Assembly (NCBI GenBank): GCA_963662655.2
Contig: CAXXTU010000002.1
Location: 1,344,001 to 1,408,000 of the forward strand
Origin: Candidatus Cloacimonadales bacterium
Lineage (GTDB): Bacteria; Cloacimonadota; Cloacimonadia; Cloacimonadales; JAIOQZ01
Reading direction: 5' to 3'
DNA length: 64,000 nucleotides
Part shown: piece after piece, positions 1-8,328 of the stretch
Numbering within the stretch: the stretch's first letter is position 1
How the letters are laid out: each line of letters starts with the position of its first letter
The notes under the pieces: model-generated
What the model was told of the DNA's origin: nothing
Database searches by the model: none
The model's input: the letters and a program-made list of their open reading frames with translations, nothing else
Position numbers and translations under genes: made by a program

Positions 1-1
1 G

Positions 2-166
2 CGGTTCACGCAACGAATCCAGGAGTCACTCCAGCGCATCATGGGGATCATGGAACGTATCGAGAACCTGGAGCGTGTGCAGTATGGCGATTACACGGAA
101 GGAACCTCGATGGTCGATCTCGATTGCGCGAGCACAGACGATTTCGCTGAGCTGGACGAGTGTTAA
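2..166 (+). CDS. 3' end of a gene truncated by the window edge (possibly the C-terminus of a signalling protein)
   Basis: Open frame from base 2 (RFTQRIQESLQRIMGIMERIENLERVQYGDYTEGTSMVDLD...) to TAA at 164-166. Confidence 0.5.
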   Translation, partial: RFTQRIQESLQRIMGIMERIENLERVQYGDYTEGTSMVDLDCASTDDFAELDEC

Positions 167-203
167 TAAACGCGATGTAAACCACTTATTATCAGGAGAT
201 AAC

Positions 204-1010
204 ATGCTTCGCACAACGTTTCTTCTCGTATTCTCGGCACTATCCATCTGTATCCTGGCCGCCAGCGACAAAATAGCCATCACCGGCTCCACAACCGTCT
301 TCCCCATCGCGGAGAAATGCGCGGAAGCGTTTGAATCCGAGCATCCGGAAGTCGAATTCGAAATCGCCTCGACGGGATCGAGCGTGGGGATTTCGTCCAT
401 CATCGACGGCAGCGCAGACATAGGAAACGCGTCGCGTCCGGCCAAGCAGAAGGAGATCGATGCCGCCAGAAAATCCCACATCGAACTGTTTGAGACGCCG
501 ATCGCGATGGATGGCGTGGCCGTGGTGGTTCATCCCGAAAACCCGGTGACAAACATATCGCTGCAACAGCTTCAGGACATTTACACCGGCAAAATCACAT
601 CGTGGAAGGCGCTCGGCGGCGAGGACGCGCCCATCCTGATCATCTCGCGCGATCCGTCGTCTGGTACCTTCGAGGTGTTCAACACGATCGTTCTCAGGAA
701 AAAAGAGCTCTCGCCGACGGCGATTCTCGTGCAGGGCAATCAATCCGTTGCAGATGCGGTTGCCATGACGAGGTACGCGATCGGCTACATCGGTTTCGGC
801 TTCCTGCAGAACGACCTGAAGGCTGTTTCGATCGAGGATATCGAACCAACCGACGAAACGATCCTCAGCGGCCACTACGCGATTTCCCGCAAGTTGTTCA
901 TGTACACCGACGGCAAGCCGGAAAAAACCGTCGGGGAATTCATTCGCTTCATCCTCTCTCCCAAGGGGCAGCAGATCGTGCGGGAAACCGGCTTCCTGCC
1001 GGTGCGATGA
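204..1010 (+). CDS. pstS: Phosphate ABC transporter substrate-binding protein PstS
   Basis: Motifs ITGSTTVFP, STGSSVG, ADIGNASR, ISRDPSSGT, AIGYIG; signal peptide; AGGAG before ATG 204. No pstCAB follows. Confidence 0.9.
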   Translation: MLRTTFLLVFSALSICILAASDKIAITGSTTVFPIAEKCAEAFESEHPEVEFEIASTGSSVGISSIIDGSADIGNASRPAKQKEIDAARKSHIELFETPIAMDGVAVVVHPENPVTNISLQQLQDIYTGKITSWKALGGEDAPILIISRDPSSGTFEVFNTIVLRKKELSPTAILVQGNQSVADAVAMTRYAIGYIGFGFLQNDLKAVSIEDIEPTDETILSGHYAISRKLFMYTDGKPEKTVGEFIRFILSPKGQQIVRETGFLPVR

Positions 1011-1011
1011 T

Positions 1012-1437
1012 TTACTGAATGGGCATGATATCCTGGGGCTTGTCGGGATCGATATCCACGTGGATAAATTGTTTGTCCCTGTAGATCACAATCCGCCGGA
1101 AACCTGCTTGCAGAAGCCCATAGACGATGCGGAAACGCAATGCGTGATCCGTGGCGGAGATGTCGGCAGCCAGTCCCTTCATGTGGCTGGAAGTGGGTGA
1201 ACCGCCGATCTCCCGGTTGTGCTTCTCGCATCGGTAGCCGGAATTGATCCTGAAAGGCACGCCGGCGATCTTCCTGGCGGCATCCAGCATCGAAACGAGT
1301 TGGGCTGATATATTTTGCGAGTTGCAGCAACGGCACTGAAATTCTTCTGCCCGGAAGTGTCGAATCGAACGCCAGTCCGGCGCTGTAATGAGATATGCTC
1401 CTCCTTCCGAAGAAAGAGGAGCTTCCGTTCTCGTCAA
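1012..1437 (-). CDS. Phage-type endolysin, peptidase M15A (D-Ala-D-Ala carboxypeptidase-like)
   Basis: HF..EF.C.CC, INSGYRC..HN..IGG...SSH..G.AAD, FIHVD. Start uncertain: TTG 1437 overlapping the upstream stop, or ATT 1389 after a Shine-Dalgarno (SD) sequence. Confidence 0.85.
   Translation of the reverse strand: MTRTEAPLSSEGGAYLITAPDWRSIRHFRAEEFQCRCCNSQNISAQLVSMLDAARKIAGVPFRINSGYRCEKHNREIGGSPTSSHMKGLAADISATDHALRFRIVYGLLQAGFRRIVIYRDKQFIHVDIDPDKPQDIMPIQ
1397..1422 (-). promoter_or_regulatory. UUCG-tetraloop hairpin sequestering an AAGGAGGAG SD sequence
   Basis: Minus strand GCTCCTCTTTC-TTCG-GAAGGAGGAGC, an 11-bp stem. Confidence 0.6.
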
Positions 1438-1610
1438 CGGGCCCACCCGAAGGCGGAGTAGAGAATCAGTTGAAGAATCTCCACCGCGCTGTCGTCGAGC
1501 TTGTTTTCGGTCTTCTCTGCTACATCCTTCAGCCAGTCTAGGAAAACGTCCACGATCACCTTGACGGGCAGAATTCTCATGATGTGCTTCATGATGCTTG
1601 TCCAATCCAT
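1434..1610 (-). CDS. 58-aa amphipathic phage lysis-associated protein (holin/disruptin-like position), missed by the ORF track
   Basis: AAGGAGG SD then MDWTSIMKHIMRILPVKVIVDVFLDWLKDVAEKTENKLDDSAVEILQLILYSAFGWAR; the KTxNKLDD motif is typical of small phage proteins next to endolysins. Confidence 0.7.
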   Translation of the reverse strand: MDWTSIMKHIMRILPVKVIVDVFLDWLKDVAEKTENKLDDSAVEILQLILYSAFGWAR

Positions 1611-1633
1611 GAATCCCTCCTTGCGAATACCGT

Positions 1634-2083
1634 TTATACGGTTACACTGATGTTCTTCAAATCGATGTACTCCTGGCTGATCAACTTGAGGTACACGCTG
1701 TCGTACTGCGGATACGGCAAGCCGCTCTCGCCCGATGCGAACGGCTGATATTTCTCGATGACGAAGATCACTTCCCAGGCGTTTGTCCCGGAGGCGTCGC
1801 CGTGAATCCTCAGCTTGATCGTCTCCTGAGCACGTAAAGCCTTGAAAATACCCATGGCGTCACGGTCGAGGTTGTAAACGACGAGCTCCGCTTGCATGCG
1901 TCCGTAGTCCTCGCAGGCCGCCTTCTCGTGTATCGAGATTTTGCCTGTTATCGACGAGGTATGAAAAATCCTGTCCTTTACCCAGGAGTATTCGAAGTTA
2001 CAATCTTCTTGTGAAAGGTCCCAACTGGAACCGTAGGATGTCCCGTAGAAGATGACGGGAGCTTGGGTGCCCCAATATGCCAC
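1634..2083 (-). CDS. Phage distal-tail (Dit)-like small tail protein
   Basis: 149-aa beta-rich ORF directly after the tail-tip gene in the operon; GGAGG SD. Function inferred from position. Confidence 0.45.
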   Translation of the reverse strand: MAYWGTQAPVIFYGTSYGSSWDLSQEDCNFEYSWVKDRIFHTSSITGKISIHEKAACEDYGRMQAELVVYNLDRDAMGIFKALRAQETIKLRIHGDASGTNAWEVIFVIEKYQPFASGESGLPYPQYDSVYLKLISQEYIDLKNISVTV

Positions 2084-3859
2084 TTATGCCTCCTGTTTGA
2101 TTTCCGAAGTGAAGTTGACCAGATCGTCCACCTTGCGGACGTAACGCTCGTCCGCTTCTGCCGTGAGCTCCGTTTTGACGTTGATATAGGCGATATCGCG
2201 CCGGAAGGTGGAATCGAGGATATCGACGAGCTGTTCTTCGAGCGCGGGACTGATATCGGTGATCTGGTTGCTTGTGCTCGCATGTCTCTGTAGGGTGAAA
2301 TGATCCGTCAGGTTCACGTCGATGACCGAGTTCTTTACCTTGTAGGAGCTGCTGATGTTGTTCGCCGATATCTCCTCCGAATCGGATGACGTCCAGCTAT
2401 CCCAGTAGTTGATTCCCGACGACAGGCGTATTTGATTGACCTGATAATACTTACGCTGCTTTTCGACGCTCTGCCGGAACGCGATGATCTTCTCGTCGCT
2501 GTAAGAAACCGTGCTGTAACTCGTTCTCCGGAACTTCACGACCGAGTCGTCGATCAGGAATGTCAGCCTTAGAGCCAGAAGGAGTTCGCGGAACAGGGTC
2601 AGCATATCGGCGCTGTCGTTGTCCTCTTTGTTGCCCCTGCCGGCGTACATCAGACTGTATTGGCTCACCGCGAACCATTTGTAACTCATTGCGCTGGATG
2701 AATCCGTGTAGTCGGACGCGGCATCAAAAATCCCGGCAGTATCGACGGAGAGGATATTATCGTATTGCAGGAAGTAGATCGCGCTTTTCAGCAGGTAAAG
2801 CGCACTCACCCATCTTCTCGAACTGACGCCGACATCGTAGAAATACTCCGTCGTGCTGTAGTTCGAGCCCGAGAACAGCACCGGCGTAATGTTGCTCCAC
2901 CAGTCGGTTCGCGATGCTGCGAACGTGCTGGAGCCGGTGAGATAGCAATCGGAAGAGACTTGCTCCAGCGCGGTGAAGATGCTCTCGCAGTAAATACGCT
3001 TCAAGCCCTCGTCCTGCTCCTCGATACGGTGCACGCGGTAGAACCAATTCTCCTTACCGAGCGTGACTTCTTCGATGGCGATGGTGTCGTTGATTCGGAT
3101 GGCGTCATCGCCGTACCAGATAAACGACATGTCACACAGCACGGGGGTGCGGAGACTGTCGGTCTCCTGCTTGAGCTGGGAGATGTCCATCACCTGATCG
3201 GAGATATCCGTCTTCGTTGCCCAGAAATCAGAAGGCATTGTACCACTAACGGTTGCATCAAGGATGTTGAAGTGATCCTTGACCGTCATGTAACCGGCTC
3301 CACCGTAGTTTTTGTAACCAACGAGCCTTCTATGCGTGGACGATCGCGTGTACCAGAAATCGAAGATCGTACCGGTGAAGTGTCGCAGCGGAGCGTTTGA
3401 GACATCGCTCGTCGCTCCCACAAACAGATTTGACGTTGCCAGCGTTCCGGATGAAACGCACGACCTCGATTCCGAGAACACCGGGTTGTTGTATTGATCC
3501 CGGACGGCGAGGACGATCTCCGGTGTGGCGGAAATGTACACGCTGACGTTGTAGATTTCATCGGCATTGAGCTCCAGATCGCCGAAATCGTAATCGGTAT
3601 CCAGATAGCGGACGCGCAAGTAGAAGTTATCGCTTGCGTTGAGTATCTTCAAGCTGTACACGTCGTCACCATTCCCCATGCCCCAGACACATTGCTCGGT
3701 TGGTAGCAGCAACATGGACGACAGCCGGAAACGGCACTTGACGGGCGAAAGGATGTCTGTTGTTGCCAGCGTCGCGTTCGTATCGACATACACCGCCCCG
3801 TTGAACTTCATGCCGTTGTAGTGGTCTCTATAATGCCAGATTTTCACCTGTGCCATCAT
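2084..3859 (-). CDS. Phage tail-tip/hub protein with N-terminal LamG/concanavalin-A-like domain
   Basis: Follows the tape measure gene; MKFNG...NLFVGA...FTGTIFDF resembles LamG; then TDISDQV, typical of tail proteins. Confidence 0.6.
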   Translation of the reverse strand: MMAQVKIWHYRDHYNGMKFNGAVYVDTNATLATTDILSPVKCRFRLSSMLLLPTEQCVWGMGNGDDVYSLKILNASDNFYLRVRYLDTDYDFGDLELNADEIYNVSVYISATPEIVLAVRDQYNNPVFSESRSCVSSGTLATSNLFVGATSDVSNAPLRHFTGTIFDFWYTRSSTHRRLVGYKNYGGAGYMTVKDHFNILDATVSGTMPSDFWATKTDISDQVMDISQLKQETDSLRTPVLCDMSFIWYGDDAIRINDTIAIEEVTLGKENWFYRVHRIEEQDEGLKRIYCESIFTALEQVSSDCYLTGSSTFAASRTDWWSNITPVLFSGSNYSTTEYFYDVGVSSRRWVSALYLLKSAIYFLQYDNILSVDTAGIFDAASDYTDSSSAMSYKWFAVSQYSLMYAGRGNKEDNDSADMLTLFRELLLALRLTFLIDDSVVKFRRTSYSTVSYSDEKIIAFRQSVEKQRKYYQVNQIRLSSGINYWDSWTSSDSEEISANNISSSYKVKNSVIDVNLTDHFTLQRHASTSNQITDISPALEEQLVDILDSTFRRDIAYINVKTELTAEADERYVRKVDDLVNFTSEIKQEA

Positions 3860-4913
3860 AGCCTCCCCTGTTCATTCGTCTGCGCGCCGAGTCGATCCGC
3901 ATGATCGCCGTTTCAGCGTCTCCGCTCCCGCCTGCCGTCACGCTGAATTCTTTCTTGATCAGGTTGATGTTCAGCGCACGGAGTTGCGTGGAAATCCGGT
4001 CGAGCTTCTCCCCCAGGCTACCGGAGCTCCCGTGGTTGATTGCATGGAGAAGATCGAGATTCCCGCGCGCCGCTTGCGCGCTGATTACATACTCGCCGTT
4101 GCTGAGAAGCGCGGGGATCGAGTCGGAAGTCGAGCTTCCCGGGCCGGACACGTAACCGCCGTAGGCGTAGGTTTGCGCCTCGATTTCCGCGACGTTCGCC
4201 GCCGTTTTCGCTGTCGCGACCGCTGCCGCGGCCGCCGCGACCAGCGGCGCAGCCGATCCACCGTATTTCATGCCCCATGCGTATGCCGATTGCACCGCCT
4301 GAAGCCCGTCCAGGATCGCCTGGATCATGGACAGACGCTTCCAGGTCTCGAAGCCCTTGCGTCCATACGCGCGAGCGATGTCCGCAAGGTCGCCGAACAT
4401 ATCCGCGGTACCCTCCAGAAGCTCCCTCTGACGGGCCTGCTCCCGCTTGAGGTACTTCTGGCGAATCCCGTCGCGATCCTTCTCATAGTACTCCAGAATC
4501 GTGCGACGCGCTTCCTCGTGCTCCTCGTACATCGCGCGCTGCTTCTCGTACTCCTGCTGCTGGAGCTCGGTCCTGGCGATGATCAATTCCTGCGCTCCGG
4601 CCAGCGATTCCTTTGCGTACTGCTCCTGGGATTCCACCGCGCTGAGCAGCAACTCGTTGCGACTTCTCGCCTCGTCCCGCATCCACTGCACCTGCTGCTG
4701 ATGGCGTTCGCGCATATCGGAAGCCGAAGATTTTCCGGGAAGCATCTTGCGGGACGCTTCTCCCAGAGCCGACATCGAACCTCTGGTCGCATCGAGCGTC
4801 TTCTGAAGGTTCTTCAGCAGTTGATCGGTGCTGCTCAGCGAGTCGTTGAGCGTGCGCACGCTTCTACCGCCTTCAATGAAAATCTGGTTATCCCATGTTG
4901 TATTTCTTTTCAT
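3828..4913 (-). CDS. Short tape measure protein (361 aa)
   Basis: Coiled-coil body, Ala-rich segment and C-terminal YAYGGYVSGPGSSTSDSIPALLSNGEYVI motif of lambda-family tape measures; ATG 4913 after GAGG. Confidence 0.85.
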   Translation of the reverse strand: MKRNTTWDNQIFIEGGRSVRTLNDSLSSTDQLLKNLQKTLDATRGSMSALGEASRKMLPGKSSASDMRERHQQQVQWMRDEARSRNELLLSAVESQEQYAKESLAGAQELIIARTELQQQEYEKQRAMYEEHEEARRTILEYYEKDRDGIRQKYLKREQARQRELLEGTADMFGDLADIARAYGRKGFETWKRLSMIQAILDGLQAVQSAYAWGMKYGGSAAPLVAAAAAAVATAKTAANVAEIEAQTYAYGGYVSGPGSSTSDSIPALLSNGEYVISAQAARGNLDLLHAINHGSSGSLGEKLDRISTQLRALNINLIKKEFSVTAGGSGDAETAIMRIDSARRRMNRGGYDGTGENLAL

Positions 4914-5235
4914 TCTGTCCTCGTTCCTGCTTTTCCGCCAGCGTCTCCTGCTGGATTCGTTCCGCGAGCGAATAGAGCTCCATGAACCACCCGGGCTGAG
5001 CCCGTTGGTCACCCGGCCACGGATACCGCACTCCACCGCGTGAATTCTCGATCAGATAGCTCAATACAAGCTTCACGGCCGGTAACATCCTCGGAAACGG
5101 AGTTCCATCTCTAGCTCTCTTGCACGTCTCTCTCGCGAGACAGTTCCCACAGAAGGTATGATCCCCGGCGAAGCTGGTTATAACGCCCTCCCAGCGATCT
5201 CCGGAGAAGATCATCAATCGGAGGGCGTGCGTTAG
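4888..5235 (-). CDS. Tail assembly chaperone C-terminal extension (gpGT-like), reached by -1 frameshift
   Basis: The -1 frame after A AAA AAC reads LTHALRLMIFSGDRW...CGNC...YPWPGDQRAQPGWFMELY; lies between the chaperone and tape measure genes. Confidence 0.75.
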   Translation of the reverse strand, partial: LTHALRLMIFSGDRWEGVITSFAGDHTFCGNCLARETCKRARDGTPFPRMLPAVKLVLSYLIENSRGGVRYPWPGDQRAQPGWFMELYSLAERIQQETLAEKQERGQNEKKYNMG

Positions 5236-5633
5236 TTTTTTCGGATCGCCTCGCGGTTCCGGCGATACTCCTCTTCCATCGAGCCGATCTCTTCCCAGAG
5301 AAGCTCCAGAACATCCTCCCTCAGCAGATTGACGCTCTCCAGCGTCACCGAGCGCTCAAATACCCAGCCCTCGCGGTCTACGCGACGGCTCACACCGTCC
5401 AGCTCTCCGCCCAAAGCCAGCACAACCTTCGCCAGGCGGAGGGTTTCAGGCTGGACACCTTCGTATACCGGTTCTTCTCCGTTGAAGGACATCTTGCCCA
5501 TGAATGGCAGCAGCGCGTCCCGGTCCAGGGGCCGTAAATGACGGATGGTCGCGATCCGCTGACCGTCGAGAAAGACGTCACGCGTCAGAGCGGCCCCGTG
5601 ATCCTCGAAACAGTTCTTGATTTTATCGCTCAT
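5232..5633 (-). CDS. Tail assembly chaperone (gpG-like), 133 aa
   Basis: Lies between tail tube and tape measure; ends CGA AAA AAC TAA (slippery site). Confidence 0.75.
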   Translation of the reverse strand: MSDKIKNCFEDHGAALTRDVFLDGQRIATIRHLRPLDRDALLPFMGKMSFNGEEPVYEGVQPETLRLAKVVLALGGELDGVSRRVDREGWVFERSVTLESVNLLREDVLELLWEEIGSMEEEYRRNREAIRKN

Positions 5634-5641
5634 ACCGCCCC

Positions 5642-6598
5642 CTACGTAACGATGATCTTTACGGAGGGATTCGTATTGTCCGCCATGAGCTGCACGGTTG
5701 CGGAAAACGCGAATATCTGCCTCTCGGGATCGGCCGGATTCACCGCGGTGATCTTGCCGTTGGTTTCGACGACCCACTGATGCGTTCCGTCCGTGAGTGT
5801 GAAATCGACGTTGCCATAGGTAACATCGCTGGAAAGCAGCTCATCCTCGAACCAGCCGCTGGCGGAGTCGTAATTCGTATCGAAGGTCGCCTCTCCGCTG
5901 AAACCTTCGATGAGCTCCCGCCGCTTGGTGAATGAATTCTGGTAAAGCGCGTTCTCGTTGATGAAGCGATTCGCCAGTGAGAGGCTGAATGAATTGAAGC
6001 TGCTATAGGCGGCATCGAAGAGATTGATCGAGTGGATGTCGCCAACCAGGAAAGGCTTTACGTGCGGCGTCGCCACCATTCCATAGGCTGCGTAATCGCC
6101 GGATGACAAATCGACCTCCGTCTCGATGCTTTTAACCCTGAACACCGCTTCGAAGGTGACCGTGCCGTTGCTTTCGCCGGTGATGTTCATGCTCTCCAGG
6201 ACGCATCCCGTGGCGACATTGCCCTTTGCATCGTCCGTGAAATATTGGTGAATCTCATACGAGAAGGGGGTGTTGCCCGATTGAACCTGGTATGGCGAAG
6301 CGCTCTTGGAGAAAAGCCCTTGCAACATGATTGCGTGCAGGTGGGAAAGCTCGCCGCTGATCGTGACCGCTCCCCCTTTCCTGCCGGCGAGAACCTCGGA
6401 GTGGTAAGGCTCGATTTTCCCTGTCTTGGCACGTACGGTGATTGCTTCACGCGTGGGCTTCATCACAATCGAGTTCGCCAGAATGATATCGATCGAGCTG
6501 TAGTCTCCCGCATAGCTTCCATAACCGCTTCCCGTACCGGATTCCTGTTCCTTGAACAGAGTAATCAAATACCTGTTCCCATATCGATATGCGCACAT
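5642..6598 (-). CDS. Phage tail tube (major tail) protein
   Basis: Pattern KEQES..YG, GAVTISGEL, SYEIHQ, ATGCVLESMNI, FSLSLAN, SGEATF typical of siphoviral tube proteins. No sheath gene. Confidence 0.75.
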   Translation of the reverse strand: MCAYRYGNRYLITLFKEQESGTGSGYGSYAGDYSSIDIILANSIVMKPTREAITVRAKTGKIEPYHSEVLAGRKGGAVTISGELSHLHAIMLQGLFSKSASPYQVQSGNTPFSYEIHQYFTDDAKGNVATGCVLESMNITGESNGTVTFEAVFRVKSIETEVDLSSGDYAAYGMVATPHVKPFLVGDIHSINLFDAAYSSFNSFSLSLANRFINENALYQNSFTKRRELIEGFSGEATFDTNYDSASGWFEDELLSSDVTYGNVDFTLTDGTHQWVVETNGKITAVNPADPERQIFAFSATVQLMADNTNPSVKIIVT

Positions 6599-6612
6599 AG
6601 TTCCTCCTTTGG

Positions 6613-7065
6613 TCAGTCGTCGTCTCGCGTGTCGAGAATCTGCATTCTGAAGCAGATCTTGCGGATGTTGAGATTGTTGTAGATGCCCGGCTCATGGTAG
6701 TCCGTCGCTTCGCCGCGAACCTCACCCTTTTCGATGGAAACCGCTTCCAGATTGTGGATGTATTCGGCAATGCCGACCGCACCTAGTACCTTGTCGATGA
6801 TCACGTCCCCAAGGACGTTCATCGTAATGACCCGGTTCTGTCCCGGGCGATGATATAACCAGACATTGATCTCGTAGGAGTAGCGAATCTGGCCGCCGGC
6901 CAACATCACGTATTCCGGCTGATCTCCATCCTGAACCAGAACCGCAGGCAGTTTCCTTCCGATGCGATCGATGTCGTCCGGAAACTCTCCCACATACTCG
7001 AATAAATCCTCGCTGCTGAACAGGGTTTTAATCCAGTTGATTACTTCGTTTTGATATGCGTGCAT
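6613..7065 (-). CDS. Tail terminator / tail completion protein
   Basis: 150 aa, LPAVLVQDG..., located between adaptor and tube genes. Confidence 0.6.
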   Translation of the reverse strand: MHAYQNEVINWIKTLFSSEDLFEYVGEFPDDIDRIGRKLPAVLVQDGDQPEYVMLAGGQIRYSYEINVWLYHRPGQNRVITMNVLGDVIIDKVLGAVGIAEYIHNLEAVSIEKGEVRGEATDYHEPGIYNNLNIRKICFRMQILDTRDDD

Positions 7066-7074
7066 TGGTTCACC

Positions 7075-7812
7075 TCATCGTTTGATTCGCGTTGAATAGT
7101 TGATGTTCGCTCGATACTTGTCTACGGCGCCGTCGAGAGTCGTATCCAGATTGACGGCCTTGGACGCCGCGTCGAAGTGGTCCTTGAACACGCGATGGTA
7201 AAACTCGGCCTTCGTCCAGTACATCTCTCGGCCCATCGCATTTGCCAGATCGGTGTAGATCAGGTGCAAGGAGAGGTAGTCGCTGCAGATGTCGAATAAA
7301 TCGGGATTGGCAACAATATCCAGGAGGACTTTTCCGGAGGCTTCGTCCACGGAGTAACCCTGCGTCGAGAGAAGATTCTCCAACCTCCTGCCGATGATCT
7401 TCTTCGCCATGGCGATCTTGTCGAGCCAGTTGGCGCTAACCGTATAGGTTGCGTGAACGTCTGTTGAATCCAGCTCCGCATGGTTTCCGTTTCCCGAAAC
7501 GTCCAGAGCGGTCAACTCCACGCCCTCATCGCAGTGATACTCGGCGATCCTCGTTCCGTCAATATCGTAGCCGATGATCTTGAAGATAAATGTCTTCTCG
7601 GGCAATACCCAGATTTCATCGACATCCACCGATCTCATACTTCCCACCGGATTGAACCACTCGATACGTCTGATCTCGGGAGGAAAATAGAGCCTGTGCC
7701 CTGTGGAACCGCTGTAGCATTGGTGAACCGATCCCCCGGCAAGGATGTTTACTTCCGCATCGATTCGGGCAATTGAACTGGGCGTCGATAGAACAACGTT
7801 TTCCCAAGCCAT
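7075..7812 (-). CDS. Head-tail adaptor-like protein with an internal beta-domain insertion
   Basis: Position after the cement gene; helical C-terminal part (YLSLHLIY..., YWTKAEFY..F..HF, DTTLDGAVD). Confidence 0.55.
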   Translation of the reverse strand: MAWENVVLSTPSSIARIDAEVNILAGGSVHQCYSGSTGHRLYFPPEIRRIEWFNPVGSMRSVDVDEIWVLPEKTFIFKIIGYDIDGTRIAEYHCDEGVELTALDVSGNGNHAELDSTDVHATYTVSANWLDKIAMAKKIIGRRLENLLSTQGYSVDEASGKVLLDIVANPDLFDICSDYLSLHLIYTDLANAMGREMYWTKAEFYHRVFKDHFDAASKAVNLDTTLDGAVDKYRANINYSTRIKR

Positions 7813-7863
7813 AGATGATCTCCTTTTGATTGCGGGGAGAGGTTTCCCTCTCCCCCGATTTCA

Positions 7864-8319
7864 CTATGCGAGTGTGTGCAGAAACGCGTCGATTTTCTGC
7901 GCTGAATTGCTGGTCGTGGTCGTGTAATGAAGCTGCACGTAGGGGCGGTCTCGCAGCAATCCTTCAGGGATTGCGATGGCAGTGATGAGATCGCCGGCGC
8001 TGAAGGAAATCGCTCCATGGGTTGTATCTTTATACAAGAGATGGAAGCAGGCATTATTCAGCCAGCCGTTGGCGCTGTTCTTGAATGGAGGTGCGGCGCT
8101 GGCTGCATTTGCCGTTGCGGAGCATTCCAACTCGATTAGCAACACCTCGTCCGTCGCAATGGTTATCGCCGTGTTCGCGTATACGCGCAGCTCGACAATC
8201 CCTCCGCTGTCTCCCGCATAGCAGATATTGGTCGAGTCCATACCCGTTCCGTCGAATACGGCCTGGGCGTCCGAAAGCTTCATGTCCTCTTCTACAAGGT
8301 ATCCGTAAAATTTGCTCAT
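7864..8319 (-). CDS. Capsid cement/decoration protein (Bbp16-like)
   Basis: LSDAQAV...STN...YVQLHYT...KIDAFL resembles BPP-1 Bbp16; directly follows the major capsid gene. Confidence 0.7.
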   Translation of the reverse strand: MSKFYGYLVEEDMKLSDAQAVFDGTGMDSTNICYAGDSGGIVELRVYANTAITIATDEVLLIELECSATANAASAAPPFKNSANGWLNNACFHLLYKDTTHGAISFSAGDLITAIAIPEGLLRDRPYVQLHYTTTTSNSAQKIDAFLHTLA

Positions 8320-8328
8320 GGCTTGCTC

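Noticed and set aside
160..203. Pho box upstream of pstS
   Set aside because: No convincing CTGTCAT-like tandem repeat.
1438..1605. 197-aa endolysin starting at TTG 1605, as in the ORF track
   Set aside because: The extension overlaps a better 58-aa ORF with a strong SD in another frame and looks non-coding.
1634..7065. Contractile tailocin, eCIS or T6SS
   Set aside because: No sheath or baseplate wedge genes, and capsid genes are present.
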